From: Felis catus
Lineage: Eukaryota
DNA: 64,000 bases
Assembly: GCF_018350175.1 (NCBI RefSeq)
Contig: NC_058368.1
Location: forward strand, 178,252,001-178,316,000
Reading direction: 5' to 3'
Shown here one piece after another: positions 23,090 to 35,365 of this stretch (the first letter of the stretch is position 1; the number at the start of each line of letters is the position of its first letter). The translations under genes were made by a program, and so were the position numbers. Under the pieces are notes generated by a model that worked only from the letters and a program-made list of their open reading frames with translations, was not told the origin of the DNA and did not search any database.

Positions 23090-23800
23090 CACGCACACGG
23101 GGCAGGAAGAGAATATTTAACCCCTTCCAGTTCCCCAACTCTCCAGGCACCACATTTCTGCACCACGTACAGCGCATCATCCCTGGGTCAGCCTGAGCTC
23201 CGCGGCGGGGGCTAGGGTCAAAATGGCTGGAATTTAGCAGGGCTTTTGCAAAGCTCTGGGGTCTACGCGCTACTTTGCCGGGCGTTTTCTAAACTACTCA
23301 TGACAACCTAAGCTGAAAAACATTCTTATAAAATAGGGAAGCTCAAGAGCTCGCTTACCGTCTGACAAGTCAATCAGCCCGAGGTAGTGCAAAAGTTTCA
23401 GAGAGGAGCACAGGACCACCACTATTCCCAGTGTTTGGAGTCCCTCGGACTCGCCCTCCGCCCACATCCTGCCAGAGCCCTGGCGCCACCAGCAAGAAGC
23501 CAGGCAGGCATTTAAAGCCCGTCTTCCAAGCCGTTCTTTCCGCTGTGCTGATTTTCACCACTCTCTTGGCATTCCCTCCCTCCCTCCCTCCACTCCTCCC
23601 CACTCCCTCCACCTTCCTCCTCCTCCTTGCCAGCAACCTCTACGTTCATAGCAGTCTTCGCTTTTGCTTTTACTGTCTCTTCTCCTAAGGCAATTCCCCC
23701 AAAGGCTTAACCAACCCCTGCACATCTAGTACCCGAGTGTAGCCCTAACCGGCAGCGTCTCATGGCTATCCTCTTTGTGACTGGGAGGGCACGTGAATAG
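23090..23800. promoter_or_regulatory. CpG-enriched promoter-like region with candidate first exon (non-coding or unknown transcript)
   Basis: Roughly 25 CpGs by eye in 700 bp against a CpG-depleted background. TATAAAA 23327-23333, GC-box CCGCCC about 23458, TTTAAA 23511-23516, PBX-type TGATTGAC (minus, 23369-23376), (CCCT)n pyrimidine tract 23572-23628, minus-strand donor ACG|GTAAGC at 23359/23358. Confidence 0.55.
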
Positions 23801-24439
23801 TGAATGTAGACTATTTCAGACATAAAGGAAAACACTTCACTGCTTTCTATCTGCCATAGGCTTAGAGGGGAAGGCTATTTTTCAAAAGGACAACAATTTG
23901 CCTGTAGTTCTCCAGTAAAAACCTATCAAGCTTGTTCTGGGGTACAAGCGGTCCCTGTTCTGACATCATCAAGTACCCCTGGAAACTGTATCACCAAGAA
24001 AGTATTTGTAAACTGGGCTGAGTCTATAGTTCTATTTGTGTTTAGGTTTTACATCAGTAGAAGAAATTACTAAAAGCAAAACTGATTGAGCAAAACTAGA
24101 AAGAAAGTAAAAGATGGGGAAGGAAAGGAGTAGGGTTGTTGGTGTGTCCAAGCTTCTGGGCTCTGTGGGGGCGTCACACTCTGCCTACACTGGATTGTTC
24201 CCAGTGAGCCTGGTGGAGAAGGGCAGCCAGCATGGAGAAGAGGGGAAGACTGAGACTTCAATCACAGACACCTGCCCTTGGGAAAGTTCCTTGATCTCCA
24301 CAAGGCCCTTTCCTCTTCTGCGAATAAACCTGCCTCAAATAAGGGAGTCCTCATCAAGTGTGATGAGCTTGCAGTTAGCAAATGCTGGCCTGAGATTTGG
24401 AGAATACAGCATGCGGGCAACAATGCAGGGGAAAGACAT

Positions 24440-24899
24440 TCTCATGACTTCTTGGTAGGGATGTAAATACATACAACCTCTCAGGAGGGAAAATCTATCA
24501 GAAATAGAAAGTGTATATACCCTTTGATCCTGGAATTTCACTTATAGGGATGCCTACATGTGTGCACATGCGTGTTTGTGTGTGTGTGTGTGTGTGCGCA
24601 CGTGTGTGTGAAAGGATATTCATTGTATCATTTGTTTGTAACAGAAGACAGAAAAAACTTATATGTTTATTACTGAGGAAAGTGGTTAAATAAATTATAG
24701 AGCATATGTAAAAGGAATACTATAAAGCCATTAAAAATATACAACACAGGAGTGCCTGGGTGGCTCAATTGGTTAAGCACCCAATTTTGGCTTAGGTCAT
24801 GATCTCACAGTTCATGGGTTCGAGCTGTGTTGACAGCTCAGGGTCTGGAGACTGCTTCGATTCTGTGTCTTCCTCTGTCTCTGTCCCTCCCCCACTCAT

Positions 24900-24938
<39 letters not shown>

Positions 24939-25260
24939 AATAAAAAGTAAACCATTAAAAAATGTAAAAAATACACAACATATTTATGTATCTTTTCTTG
25001 GAAGAACACGGAAAAAATATCATTAAGGAAAAAAGTAAGTTGTTTAGTAGATTATCATTTTAATTTTGAAAAGGGACACACACACACGCATACACAAACA
25101 CACCATCTGCAGGCCTATACATAATATAGTTTCAGAAGGATACACTGATAATTGACAATTTTAGTTGCCTCTGGAGAAGAGCACTGAGGGTGTGGTGTCA
25201 GAGGGAGGCCCATTGTTGAAATTTTCTCCTATGTATACAATCTGTTTTAAACCATAGTAA
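24440..25260 (+). mobile_element. Ancient L1 (L1ME-like) ORF2 end and 3' UTR, interrupted by a (TG)n repeat and a SINE
   Basis: Translation YIPFDPGISLIG resembles the L1 ORF2p C-terminal motif EIPFDPAIPLLG. GGAATACTATAAAGCCATTAAAAAT is a typical L1 3' motif. Confidence 0.75.
24749..24966 (+). mobile_element. CAN-SINE with internal deletion
   Basis: GGAGTGCCTGGGTGGCTCAATTGGTTAAG..., (CT)n and A-tail. TSD AAAAATA(T/C)ACAACA at both ends. Confidence 0.93.
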
Positions 25261-25407
25261 CTGAATGTGAATGCTCATGTCTCCCACTTTTCTTTCTTTG
25301 TGAAAGGGGAAGATATTCTACATATCAGACTGAGACTCGTGTCTCTGCTCTGCACTTTCCTCCTTCTTGGTTCTGTATATCAATCTCCAATCTCATTTGC
25401 ACCTGGG

Positions 25408-25583
25408 CAGTGGTGTCCTGAATCAGCCCATTCCAGCTAATAGTTAAGTTTTTAGGAAATTAACAAGGCGGTTGTTAAATCTTTGGTGGTTTGAGCAGCC
25501 ACAGTAGGAATATTTACACTATGGAGATTGGCAAACAGTACATGAATGCTTCCTCTCCCTCCCTTTATGGCAGGAACACCACT
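25408..25583 (+). mobile_element. hAT DNA transposon remnant (MER63-like)
   Basis: Starts CAGTGGTGT, ends ACACCACT. Internal GGAATATTTACACTATGGAGATTGGCAAACAGTACA matches MER63 as recalled. Confidence 0.7.
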
Positions 25584-27236
25584 TTGCCTTTCCAGACCCC
25601 ACCTGCCCAGAGGGAAACCTGACAAATTCACCTGCCCAGAGGTGTTCCTGACTTTCTGGGTTTCCTCTCTTCTGGAGCCCTAGCAAGTGTAATAGTTAAC
25701 CCAAGGGGCTTAGTGGGATTTTAGGCATCAGCATAGCCAGACATGAGGAACTAAAGTAAGAACAGAGAGTCTTCAGTTTCTGGTAAGTCAATACTTTGTT
25801 CTCTTGGCTTCTCTAGCCTACACCTCTCCTGGTTTCTGCCTGCTTCTTCCCCTCTCTTTCCTGCTTCCTTGCCAACAACTCCCTGCCTTATAAGACTGGT
25901 GCTGTCCCTGACTCTGTTCTGCCTCTGCATGCTCCCCTTTTGCAAGCTTATGCCTGCTAACTGCTCTAGATGTCAGCTCAGGACTGACTGGCACTGATTG
26001 CAGCCATGATGTGTCCAACGGGTTTCGCCTTTTGCCCTCTTTCACGTCATGCACAGCACTCCCAGCTCAGTTCCACTGACATGTATTACTGAGCGCCTGT
26101 TAGATGGAAGGCCGGGTGCCAGGAGTGAGATTTCATCTCTTGTGGCATTCTGGAATTTCTGGGAATGAAAGGCATGAGAAAGAGGAGTAGTGGCTCCCAT
26201 GTTCTGCTTGCTGTCACCATGTAAGGACTTGAATTTTTCCAAGAGCTCTGGTCTCAAAGCCTGGTCCCCTCCTGATTATCTCTGAACCCTGAGCTTTAGG
26301 GACATGTGCCTCCCAGGTGACTTAGCTCAATGGCAAGCAGACAGACCGAACTATTTTCTAGCAATTGTGGGGTGCTTTACACAAGCCATCTCCCCAGATT
26401 CTCACAACAGATCTTTGGGGGGTGTTGCCATTTTCATCTCTAAGAAGATCAGAAGGATATTCAAGTCTCATAGGTAGTGGGTGTCTGAGTGTCAGGCACA
26501 GATCTACCTGCTTCGGAAGTCCATACTCTCCCACATGTCCAGCTGATCAATGATGAATCTCTGGCTTGGTATTTGTGAGAGATACATGAATTGTTATTCG
26601 AGAGCCTGCCTTGTTCTCATATCCCATTTCCATTCAGCATCACGTGGAGTCTACACAGCTCTTCTCTCTACATGTAGCCTCCTTTTAAATTTTTATTGGA
26701 GTTCCATCTTTCACTTGATGAGAATTTTTTGCCCTAACCGAAGCAATCATGGAATCCATTTGACAAATTGCTTTTTCTTATTTCCACACAGATTGTAAGG
26801 TGAATGTGTCTGCATTGTGGGTATGGGCCTGCACAGAATTGGGCACTTCTCTCACCAATTTGTCTCAATTGACTAGTTTTCAGCCAAGAATCTTCACTTT
26901 GGTGGCCCTCTTCAATTTTTTGTCAGCACTGGCAGGCTTTATTCCCCACCCCCCACTCTGGGCTGTTTGCCATAAAGAAACAAAGGTTTGATCATTCATG
27001 GGACATTCTCTTTGGGTAAGATTATAGCAGGAAGGGCTAGAGGTGAGGTGCTGAGGGGGAAGTGGGTGGTGAATCAACCTCAGGTACCTGATACCTGATT
27101 TTGTTCTGACATAGACACCACAGAAGGCTGGATTCCAATTCAGATCGTCACATACTGACACATGAATACTGGCCATGGACTTCAAGGTCCCTTAGGAATC
27201 TTGGGGACCACTCTGGTCACACTCACAAATGCCTAG

Positions 27237-27588
27237 TGTCTTCACTCAGGCTACTGTAACGAGATACCATAGACTGGATGGCTTGAACAACAGACATTTA
27301 TTTCTCACCATTCTAGAAGCTGGGAGGTACTGACATAGGGATCTGGCAAGAAGCCTCTTTCTGGCTTGTAGATGGTTCCTTTCTTCCTGTGTCCTCACAT
27401 GGTAGAGAGAGAGCTGTAACCTTTTTCTCTTCTTATAAAGTCACTGATTGTATCATGAAGGCTCGATCCTCATGACCTCATTTAAACCTAATTACCTCCC
27501 TAATTACCACTTCCAAATACCATCAGATTTAGAATTAGGGTATCAACATATGAATTTTGGGGAAACACAAGACATTCAGTCCATAGCA
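27237..27588 (-). mobile_element. MaLR solo LTR (MLT1A-like)
   Basis: CTCAGGCTACTGTAACGAGATACCATAGACTGGATGGCTTGAACAACAGACATTTATTTCTCAC...ATGAATTTTGGGGAAACACAAGACATTCAGTCCATAGCA. Confidence 0.9.
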
Positions 27589-27619
27589 CCTAATTCTGCC
27601 AAACAATCACATGTTCACC

Positions 27620-28020
27620 AAATCACTGGGTTTGAATTTAGATCTTCCAGCTACTAACTATGTGACCAGGGACAAATAATTAAACTTATGGAGTCAGTTT
27701 CCTCATCTGTAAAATGGGGATAACATTTTGGTACCCATATCCTAGGATTGTTGCAATGATGAAATGAGCTAACACTATAACCTCTTAGCATGGTCTCTGA
27801 CACCCAGTGAATGGGGCTGCAACACAGAGGTTCAGAGCACAGCCTCCAAGACCAGACTGCCTGCACGGACTCTTAACTCTACTTCTTACTTAGCTCTGTG
27901 ACTACTGGTGAGTTACTTAACTTCTCTGTGCCCAAGTTTTCTCGTCTGTAAAACAGAGATAATCATAGTACCTACTTAAGGGTTGTTGTAAAGATTGAAA
28001 TGAATTAGTAATTAAGCATA
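27620..28020 (+). mobile_element. Two tandem MIR SINE fragments
   Basis: Core CAGTTTCCTCATCTGTAAAATGGGGATAA (about 27695) and TTACTTAACTTCTCTGTGCCCAAGTTTTCTCGTCTGTAAAACAGAGATAAT (about 27915). Confidence 0.85.
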
Positions 28021-28866
28021 GAAAGAACCATATTAGTACCATTATCATTATTGCTCAAGGGGATAATATATTAGCTGGGGCTGATGGAGAAGTTATAGAT
28101 TAAGTTGTTATGTTCTGGAGGTTTGGGTCTGGGGAGAGGAAGGAATACTGTTTCAGGTAGGGGAATCAGACCTACTCCGGAGATTTCTGGGTGTTATGAA
28201 CTTCAGTTCTCCAGCCACAAATCTTCCTTCCAGACAAATGGTTTCAGGCAAGTATTTGTTGCTGCTTAAATTTCACTTGCGTGTGGGCCCCTAGCAGTCA
28301 GCAAATAAAACTCTCTTTTAGCTAGCTACTTCTGCTGCTCTCAGCTTGCTCACTGATGTGTAACCTGAAATAAACAGAGGTGTCCTGTGGTGTAGCCTCC
28401 CACAAGATTGGAGCAGTTGGCTTAGCTAACCAAAACCACATGTGCAAAGCCACGTCCACATTCATTGGACTCAGTAGGGCTTGCTGGTAGTATGTGGGTT
28501 TCTGAGTGGTCTCCTGGTAAGGTACTGTCTAAATCTCATTTGGACAAACTAATTGGGTAGGAGCCTCATCTTCCGGAATGTTCTGCTGCAGTTGGCATAA
28601 AAATAATGCCAATAATTGCATTTGGAGTTTTCTTTTCTTTAAAAGGTGTAAAGAAATGAAAGAATTCCTCAGAGCACCATCTTTGAGCTCTTGATTCTAC
28701 CAGGAAGCAAATTATTTAACTGCAAGATGGTTATGGTTCAGAGAGAAAATCATTACTATTCCCATCACTGGTCAAAATGGGAAAATTATTTCTGTGTTCT
28801 TTTCCTAGCCCTTATCTTGCAGCCCTTTTGGGGGCACTGGCTGGGTTTGTTTAAATTAGTTTTATA

Positions 28867-28987
28867 GGGGTGCCTGGCTGGCTCAGTCAGAAGAGCGTGC
28901 AATTCTTGATCTTGGGGTCATGAGTTTGAGCCCCACGTCGAAGGTAAAGATTACTAAAAAATAAATAAATAAATAAAACTTAAAAAA
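28867..28987 (+). mobile_element. Short tRNA-Lys-derived carnivore SINE lacking the CT tract (SINEC_old-like)
   Basis: GGGGTGCCTGGCTGGCTCAGTCAGAAGAGCGTGCAATTCTTGATCTTGGGGTCATGAGTTTGAGCCCCACG, then an A-rich tail. Perfect 15-bp TSD TAAATTAGTTTTATA at 28852-28866 and 28988-29002. Confidence 0.92.
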
Positions 28988-31737
28988 TAAATTAGTTTTA
29001 TAATGATGATGATAACTGTACAATAGGAAAGTAATGACATCTTCCTTTTTTCTTTCCTTCTTCCCTTTCCTCTCTTCTTCTCTTTCTCTGTTACCACGCT
29101 TGTGCGAACACAAAAATAAAGGCCTTACCCATCAGGAAGTTCACAATATCTAAAAAGTCCTTTAGGATTTTTCCTTTGCAAGTTCTGTTTCACCTTTTCA
29201 ATCATTTTGCGTTATTGTAGTTTCTCAACAGATATTTGGTGAAAAAATACTATGCCCTAACTTTAAGTTAGGGTGCAGAATTATTTCCATTTTGCAGATA
29301 AGAAAACAGGAGCAAAGAGACAGAAATAAATACTATTAACATTTTCCTTGGATCAGGCATTGTGCTGGACTTTCACACGGGTCTTCTCCTTTATCTTAAT
29401 TGTCATAACAACCAATTAGATGCTCACTGGTGGCCAGCTTCCAGAAGAAGCTCAGAAAGGGTGAAGTGTCTGGTTGGTGGCAGAGGCCAGACTGAGTTCA
29501 GATCTCTGTATCCTTTTATTCAGGATTTCTCTGGTTACCCTGGTCAGGAGTGGTGGGTGGTTAGGGATGGGGTTTGGAGTTGGTCCTGATCCCCAACTTT
29601 CCTGTTTCTGCTCAGTTCTTTCCCTTGGGCCCTTTGCTTCTCTCTCTAGGAACAACTATGGTACCAATAGCCACCCCCACCCCACTGGGTTAGATATTCT
29701 ACACATTTTATCTCATTTGGTCCCAGCAATGATTTGACTTCTTTTCTAGTCGTTAATGCCCCTGATGGGATATTTATGGATTTATGGGATGGGGCAGATG
29801 CCGAAATGTAAAAAACAAACAAACAAAAAAACAACAACAAAAAAACCTCAATGCATCTAGCTGGAAACCTATCTCTCATATGCACATTGGGAAGAGGTGT
29901 CCAGCTCCAAGCAGCTTCCTGCAGAATCCAACTGGGCTGGTTCTCTATCCCAGGCTTCAGCACCTGAGTAGTCAATTCTCAAAGCCACATCTGTTTGTTT
30001 GATTTTGATTTATCACCACCCCATGGAGCTTGGGGGCAAGGAAGACTATGGTAGGATTGCTTTCTGGTTTTCCCTCTGCGATTTTAGAAAACCCTTAGGA
30101 AGGACCATTCCAAATACCTTAGGAGATCAATTTGGGGAGGATCCTGAGCTCTGCTGCAACAATTCCATATCCGCTAGGATGAACTTCAGGACCCCCTCTC
30201 TCCGCACCACCCCAAACGTTCAGCCTGCAGACTCCTTCAACATTCTGCCCTTCCCTACCAGGGTCCTAGGCTGAGGAAGGAGAGATGTAGGTCTCTTTGC
30301 TTAAAGCAGGCCAGAACACAGGAGTTCACATTGCCCAGCAGGGAAGAGTAATGAGCACATTTATTAATGAGGCACAATGTTTGTGTCAATTGTCAGCGCG
30401 AATCATTTGTTGGCTAGAGCAAAACCTAACTGCCATTGGTGGAAATTCATTTGCAAATGAAGTCAGTGAGATATGGCATTTAGATATCCACTGACACGTT
30501 TCCATGTTTAACTCCTTTGCTTTCTCAGGAAGGATCCAGGCCCTGCTAGAATTTCAACAGAAATTCCCATTCCATACACACACTGTTTCCATCCTTTCTA
30601 TCCTTGCCTCCTCTCTTCACTGCTTTCTTCCTTCCTGCCATCCTACCTTCCCCTCTCGTCCCTCCAATATCATATTTCCTGTGTACTATGCCCCAGGCAC
30701 TGGGGATACACCACTGACTAAGATCTATCTCAGCCACCAAGGAGACTCCAGTCCAGTGACTGTCCTTACAAACAGAACCACAGATGGGGCACCAGTCCTA
30801 ACCAGCTATGTTCCCAACAGAATGCATTTGACATTGCCTTCCTGACCTGCAGAACTTGAGTTGCACTGCCCATTCTCTTGTCTATTTCCCCATATGGAAT
30901 GCTTGCTCTTCTTTTCTATGCCAAATAAAGCCAATTCAGCCATCTGCTCTCTTTTCTCTGAATGCAGAACATGTATTTGTCAGTCATGTGTTTTTTGGGA
31001 GAAATCTCTTGCTTTAGTTTCTTGCATTACTAATTAACTCTCAATTACAATGGTAAGAGTTATTACTGCTGTAGGAAGGCAGCATGACAGGGACATGAGA
31101 TCTGAAGGCAGATTTGGGTCTATTCATGTCTCTGACATTTGCTAGCTGGATGACTTTCAAATAACTTGACTTTGCTGAGTCTTCATTTTCTCACCTGTCA
31201 AATGAAGACAGGTGGTACTTCCTGGGTCTCAGGACACCTCTGTTGGCCATGAATACAAGGATGGTTTCAAACGCTCTGGCAGAAGCATCCACTTTCCTTC
31301 AAGGAAGGTGTTTTCCTCCTACCCCCAAGGGATCTGTCTTCAAGGTCCTGTCCAGGGCCCAACGTGAACAGTCCATGGGCTGAGCTTTGAAAACTGGAAG
31401 GAGGTATGTTTGCTTATATATATGTTTATCCACACATATAAGATGTCCCAACCCATTTATTTTATGGGATCATAGAATATTACAGGGGCAGAGTAAGTCT
31501 GAGGACATACCCTCAAGAATTCTCCAAGTGACCACTGATTCTCAACCCTATAACACCTGAGGGGAAGACACACTTTATTGGGAACACTGGCCAAAGCATT
31601 GACTCTTGTTTGATGATATGGGGAGTGAACTGGATAGAAGATTTCAGAATCTCTAAGAGGCAGATGTGTGTAATCAAGGACAGTTCCCTAAATGATTCTT
31701 CTATGTGCCCTTCCCCCATTAGAACCACTCAGACTCC

Positions 31738-32605
31738 TTTAAAAATATTATGAAATATTTCAGACATAGGAAGAGGCAGGAAAATAATATGATGATACTC
31801 ATATGCCTATTTTAGGAGACAGCTATCCCTATCTATCTATCAATCAGTAGAACTGAAGCCCATATACCCTGCTCAGATTGTACTCATGTCCCCCCCGCCC
31901 CAGGAACCATATACTGAATTTGGTTATTTTTACTTCCATACATTTCTTTTTAGTTTTACTACACACACACACATATGTGTATATTCCTTAAATAGTATAC
32001 AGCATCATTTTATATGTCATTACATTTTATATAGGTAGAATCATACCACACGGAAACTTCTGCAACTTGCTTTTTATTGGTTTGCTCAATCAAGCCTGTG
32101 TTTATGAAATTCACCCACGTTGACACGGGCAGCTGTGGTTAACTTTCATGTTGTATTATATTCCATTTGGTGACTATGCTGTGCTAAATACACTATTCAA
32201 CTGTTGGTAGATAGTTAGGCTATCACTTTTAGGCTATTGCAAACGAGGTGGCTCTGCTCATTATTGAACATGCTCCTATAGCCCATTTGCAAGAGTTCCT
32301 TTAAGGCAGTGGTTTCAGTGGGGATTTTGCCCCCCAGGAGGCACTTGGCAACAATACCTGGAGACCTTTTTGGTTGTCAGAACTGGGGGATGCTAGTGGC
32401 ATCTGGTGGATAGAGGCCAGGCATGCTGCTAAATATCCTACAATGCACAGAATATCACAACAAAGAAATCCCTGTCCCCAGTGTCAACAGTGCAGAGGTG
32501 GAGAAACCCTGCTTTAGGGTGACGGTAGCATTGCTGCATCACAGACTCTTTACTAAGCATCGTCACGCTGTTTTGCAAAATGGTTGTAGTAAACTTACAC
32601 CCAAA
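31738..32605 (-). mobile_element. Ancient L1 (L1ME-like) 3' fragment
   Basis: TTCTGCAACTTGCTTTTT, TTTATGAAATTCACCCACGTTGA and TGTATTATATTCCATT are reverse L1ME 3' motifs. Interrupted by MER20. Confidence 0.7.
32307..32511 (+). mobile_element. MER20 (hAT-Charlie non-autonomous DNA transposon)
   Basis: CAGTGGTTTC...GATTTTGCCCCCAGGAGGCACTTGGCAA...GTCAACAGTGCAGAGGTGGAGAAACCCTG. 8-bp TSD CTTTAAGG (32299-32306) / CTTTAGGG (32512-32519), as expected for hAT. Confidence 0.93.
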
Positions 32606-32879
32606 CCAGTGGCCTGTGTAAGGACTCCCACACACCTCCATTTTATAGATTGGAAACCTGAGGTGCTGAGTGACAGGGACAAGGGTATGGAATGACATTC
32701 AAAAAACTTTGACAAAGACACAGATGTTGTTGTATTTTTCCAGAGAGGACACATCAAAGGAAGATAAATCTAGTCCTTCAATGCAAGAGACATTTACACA
32801 GTGTCTACTATGTTCCAGGAGCCATACTTTACACACATTGTCTCTCGTCTTCTTCAACTGCAGAGCTTGGTACATGAGG

Positions 32880-33230
32880 ATCACACAGCACACGTCATGG
32901 CATGGACTTTGAGGTCAGAGGACCTGGTGTTGGGTTCCTGAGCAGTTATTTGCCAGCCCTGTGCCTCGTGAAAGTTACTCGACTGCTCTAAACTTCAGTT
33001 TCCTCACCTGTAAGACAGGGCTCATACCCAGTACCTACATCACAGTGGTGTTGTGCCGGAGGAAATGCAGTGGTGGCCCATGAATATTAGCGGTCATCAA
33101 CATCGTCATCACTCATTTATAGATAAGGAATGGAGCCTCAGAGTTTGAATATGTTGCAAAAGTGATAAGTTGTAAGTGGTAGAAATAGAATTTGAACTCA
33201 GGTCTGTCTGACTCCAAAGTCCATCTCATT
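32880..33230. mobile_element. Adjacent MIR fragments in opposite orientation
   Basis: Forward CTTCAGTTTCCTCACCTGTAAGACAGGG (about 32995) and reverse CATTTATAGATAAGGAATGGAGCCTCAGAG...GAATTTGAACTCAGGTCTGTCTGACTCCAAAG (about 33115-33220). Confidence 0.8.
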
Positions 33231-34099
33231 TCAATTGTGTCATGTTGCTCCCCAAGAGGGGAGCACTCCTGGTCCCATCCCACCCCTGGACTTTGGGGCA
33301 GAGGGTGTAGCCCATATGAATTACTAAAAGTCAGCCTTCATCAAATACTTTTAAATAACACATTTTAATAGTTTCATGAATATTTAGTAACTCAACTAAG
33401 TAAAACAAATGCTGCCAAGGCTTAAGTGCCCTGGGGACCTGCTGGAGTAGATCGACAAGGATGATCCGTGATTATAATACAGATTTGCGTGCAAACGGTG
33501 ATGCTGCAGAGTATGAAAACACCTCACTCTCTTACAAATTATGACTCTCTCCTTTACTATGTTACTGCTGTTAACCTGCTCCATCTTTGAAGACAAACCA
33601 ACTGAAACCTATCGCATCTGCAAAGGATCACAAATTTAGTATTAGTGGTGTCAGAATGAACGATGCTTGCCTTCCTACACCCTATTTGCAATCATGTCCT
33701 CCAATTTCTCCTCCACTCCCCACCCCACCCCCTTTCCTCCTGGGAAGACATTTGTCTTTAGAGACTGGCAATGAGGCATTTGCCATTGTACACATTATGA
33801 CATATTTTACATATGCTCCAAGAAGCTGGGGCTAAATTACACTGGTGAGTTATTAAAAACAGCTCTCAATGCTATTATTATTTATTGCATTTCCAACTCT
33901 CTGCAGCAGCTGATTACACTGCTTAATCTTGTATTTTTTTTAATTCCCCCTTCCCTGAAATTAATTCTCCCTGCAATGAATAAGCAGGGTCAGCTGCACT
34001 GAGTGCCCATTGGGAAAGAAAGTTTGGATTCTAGAGAAGAGTTTGATTGACAGCTCTGGGACCAAGCCTCTCTTTCTTCAGGGGAGGAAGTCTCTCACT

Positions 34100-35365
34100 T
34101 GAAATATGAGCACCTTTTCTCCAAAGTACTTCCAGAGTTTTCCAGATCACAGGTCTCTCCATGCTGGTCCCCTCCATACAGTGTCTGTTGCCATCTCTGA
34201 CTGTCATCAAAGGTCTTCAGTGCCATGGCCGCTGCTCACCTCCCAGCCTCACCTCCCACAGCCCTGCCTCTCCACCCAGGATGCAGTCATCCGCAGGACT
34301 TACAGTTCCTCCAGGGCCAGGCTTTGACTTGTGAGCCTTCCTACCTAAGGGCTATTTCACTTGAAATCCTACCTCCACCCTTATTTCCTTGGCCAACACC
34401 TTTTCCTTTCAGGCTCAGCTTAGGAAATAACTCATTTGGAAAGCCTCCCCAGTGCTGAACCTGAGTGTTTCTCCCCTGCTTCCATGAAACCTTGCACTTA
34501 ATGTGGATTGTAGCTCTTGACACACTCTATTGTCATTGTGTGTTTACGTATCTGTTTCTTGACACACTGAACTACATGAGAGCAAGTTGTTCAAGTTCCC
34601 AGTATGAGGCCTACTACAAGTTAGTGCTTTAGAAACTAAGAAATCCCAAACTCAGAAGTAGTTAGTGGAGTAGAAAGAGCCAAAGCTCTTGAATTAGGCA
34701 TTTATTCTTTCATTCATTCATTCGTTCATTCACTCAACAAATATTTATTGAGCATCTGTTATGAACCAGGAACTATACTAAGCCCTAGAGATACAATGAT
34801 TAGAAATCAATGGTTATAGTGTTAATGGCCTAATAAGGGAGAGGTATAAAACTCAAATAGCAGCATAAGCATATAATTCTAAACTGTGATAAGTGCTATA
34901 AGAGAAAAATACTCAGTTATGACAACATAAACACAGAGCCCAACCCACACCAAAATTGGTGTAGGGAGTATCATCAGTGATGCCTTTCTTGAGGAAGTAA
35001 TGCTTGACCTAAGAGCTGCAGGATGAATAGGTGTTAACATGGGTAAGAGCACTTAAGGAATAAGTGAAAGCATGTGCAAAGGTCCTGAGGTGAGTGGCAG
35101 CCTGAGTGCTCAAGGGGTGCCTGGGAACTGACTGAAGGCCAGTGTAGAGGCCCAGGGAATGGGCATGGATGGAGGGGATATGATGGAAGATAAGACTGGG
35201 AGGCACTCAGGGGGTAGGCCACGCAGAGTCTTGTAGACCATGTTATGGATTTGTCTAGCCTGGGCACAATGTGTTTTAAACAAAGGAATAACATCATGAG
35301 TGAGAGAGAAAGAGAGAGAGCAAGCATGTGTGTGTGTGTTGTATGTTTTAAAATGCCTGTGATGG
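34100..35365. mobile_element. Two L2 LINE 3' fragments (forward about 34100-34630, reverse about 34708-35365)
   Basis: The reverse copy begins with the diagnostic TTCATTCATTCATTCGTTCATTCACTCAACAAATATTTATTGAGCATC. The forward copy has TTTCAGGCTCAGCTTAGGAAATAACTC...AAGCCTCCCC. Confidence 0.8.

Noticed and set aside
23380..23398. GAGGTAG (let-7 seed-like) word in the promoter region
   Set aside because: Seven-base match only, with no let-7 hairpin or mature sequence.
28867..28940. tRNA-Lys-like sequence as a tRNA gene
   Set aside because: It has an A-rich tail and a 15-bp TSD, and the stems are degenerate, so it is a retroposed SINE.
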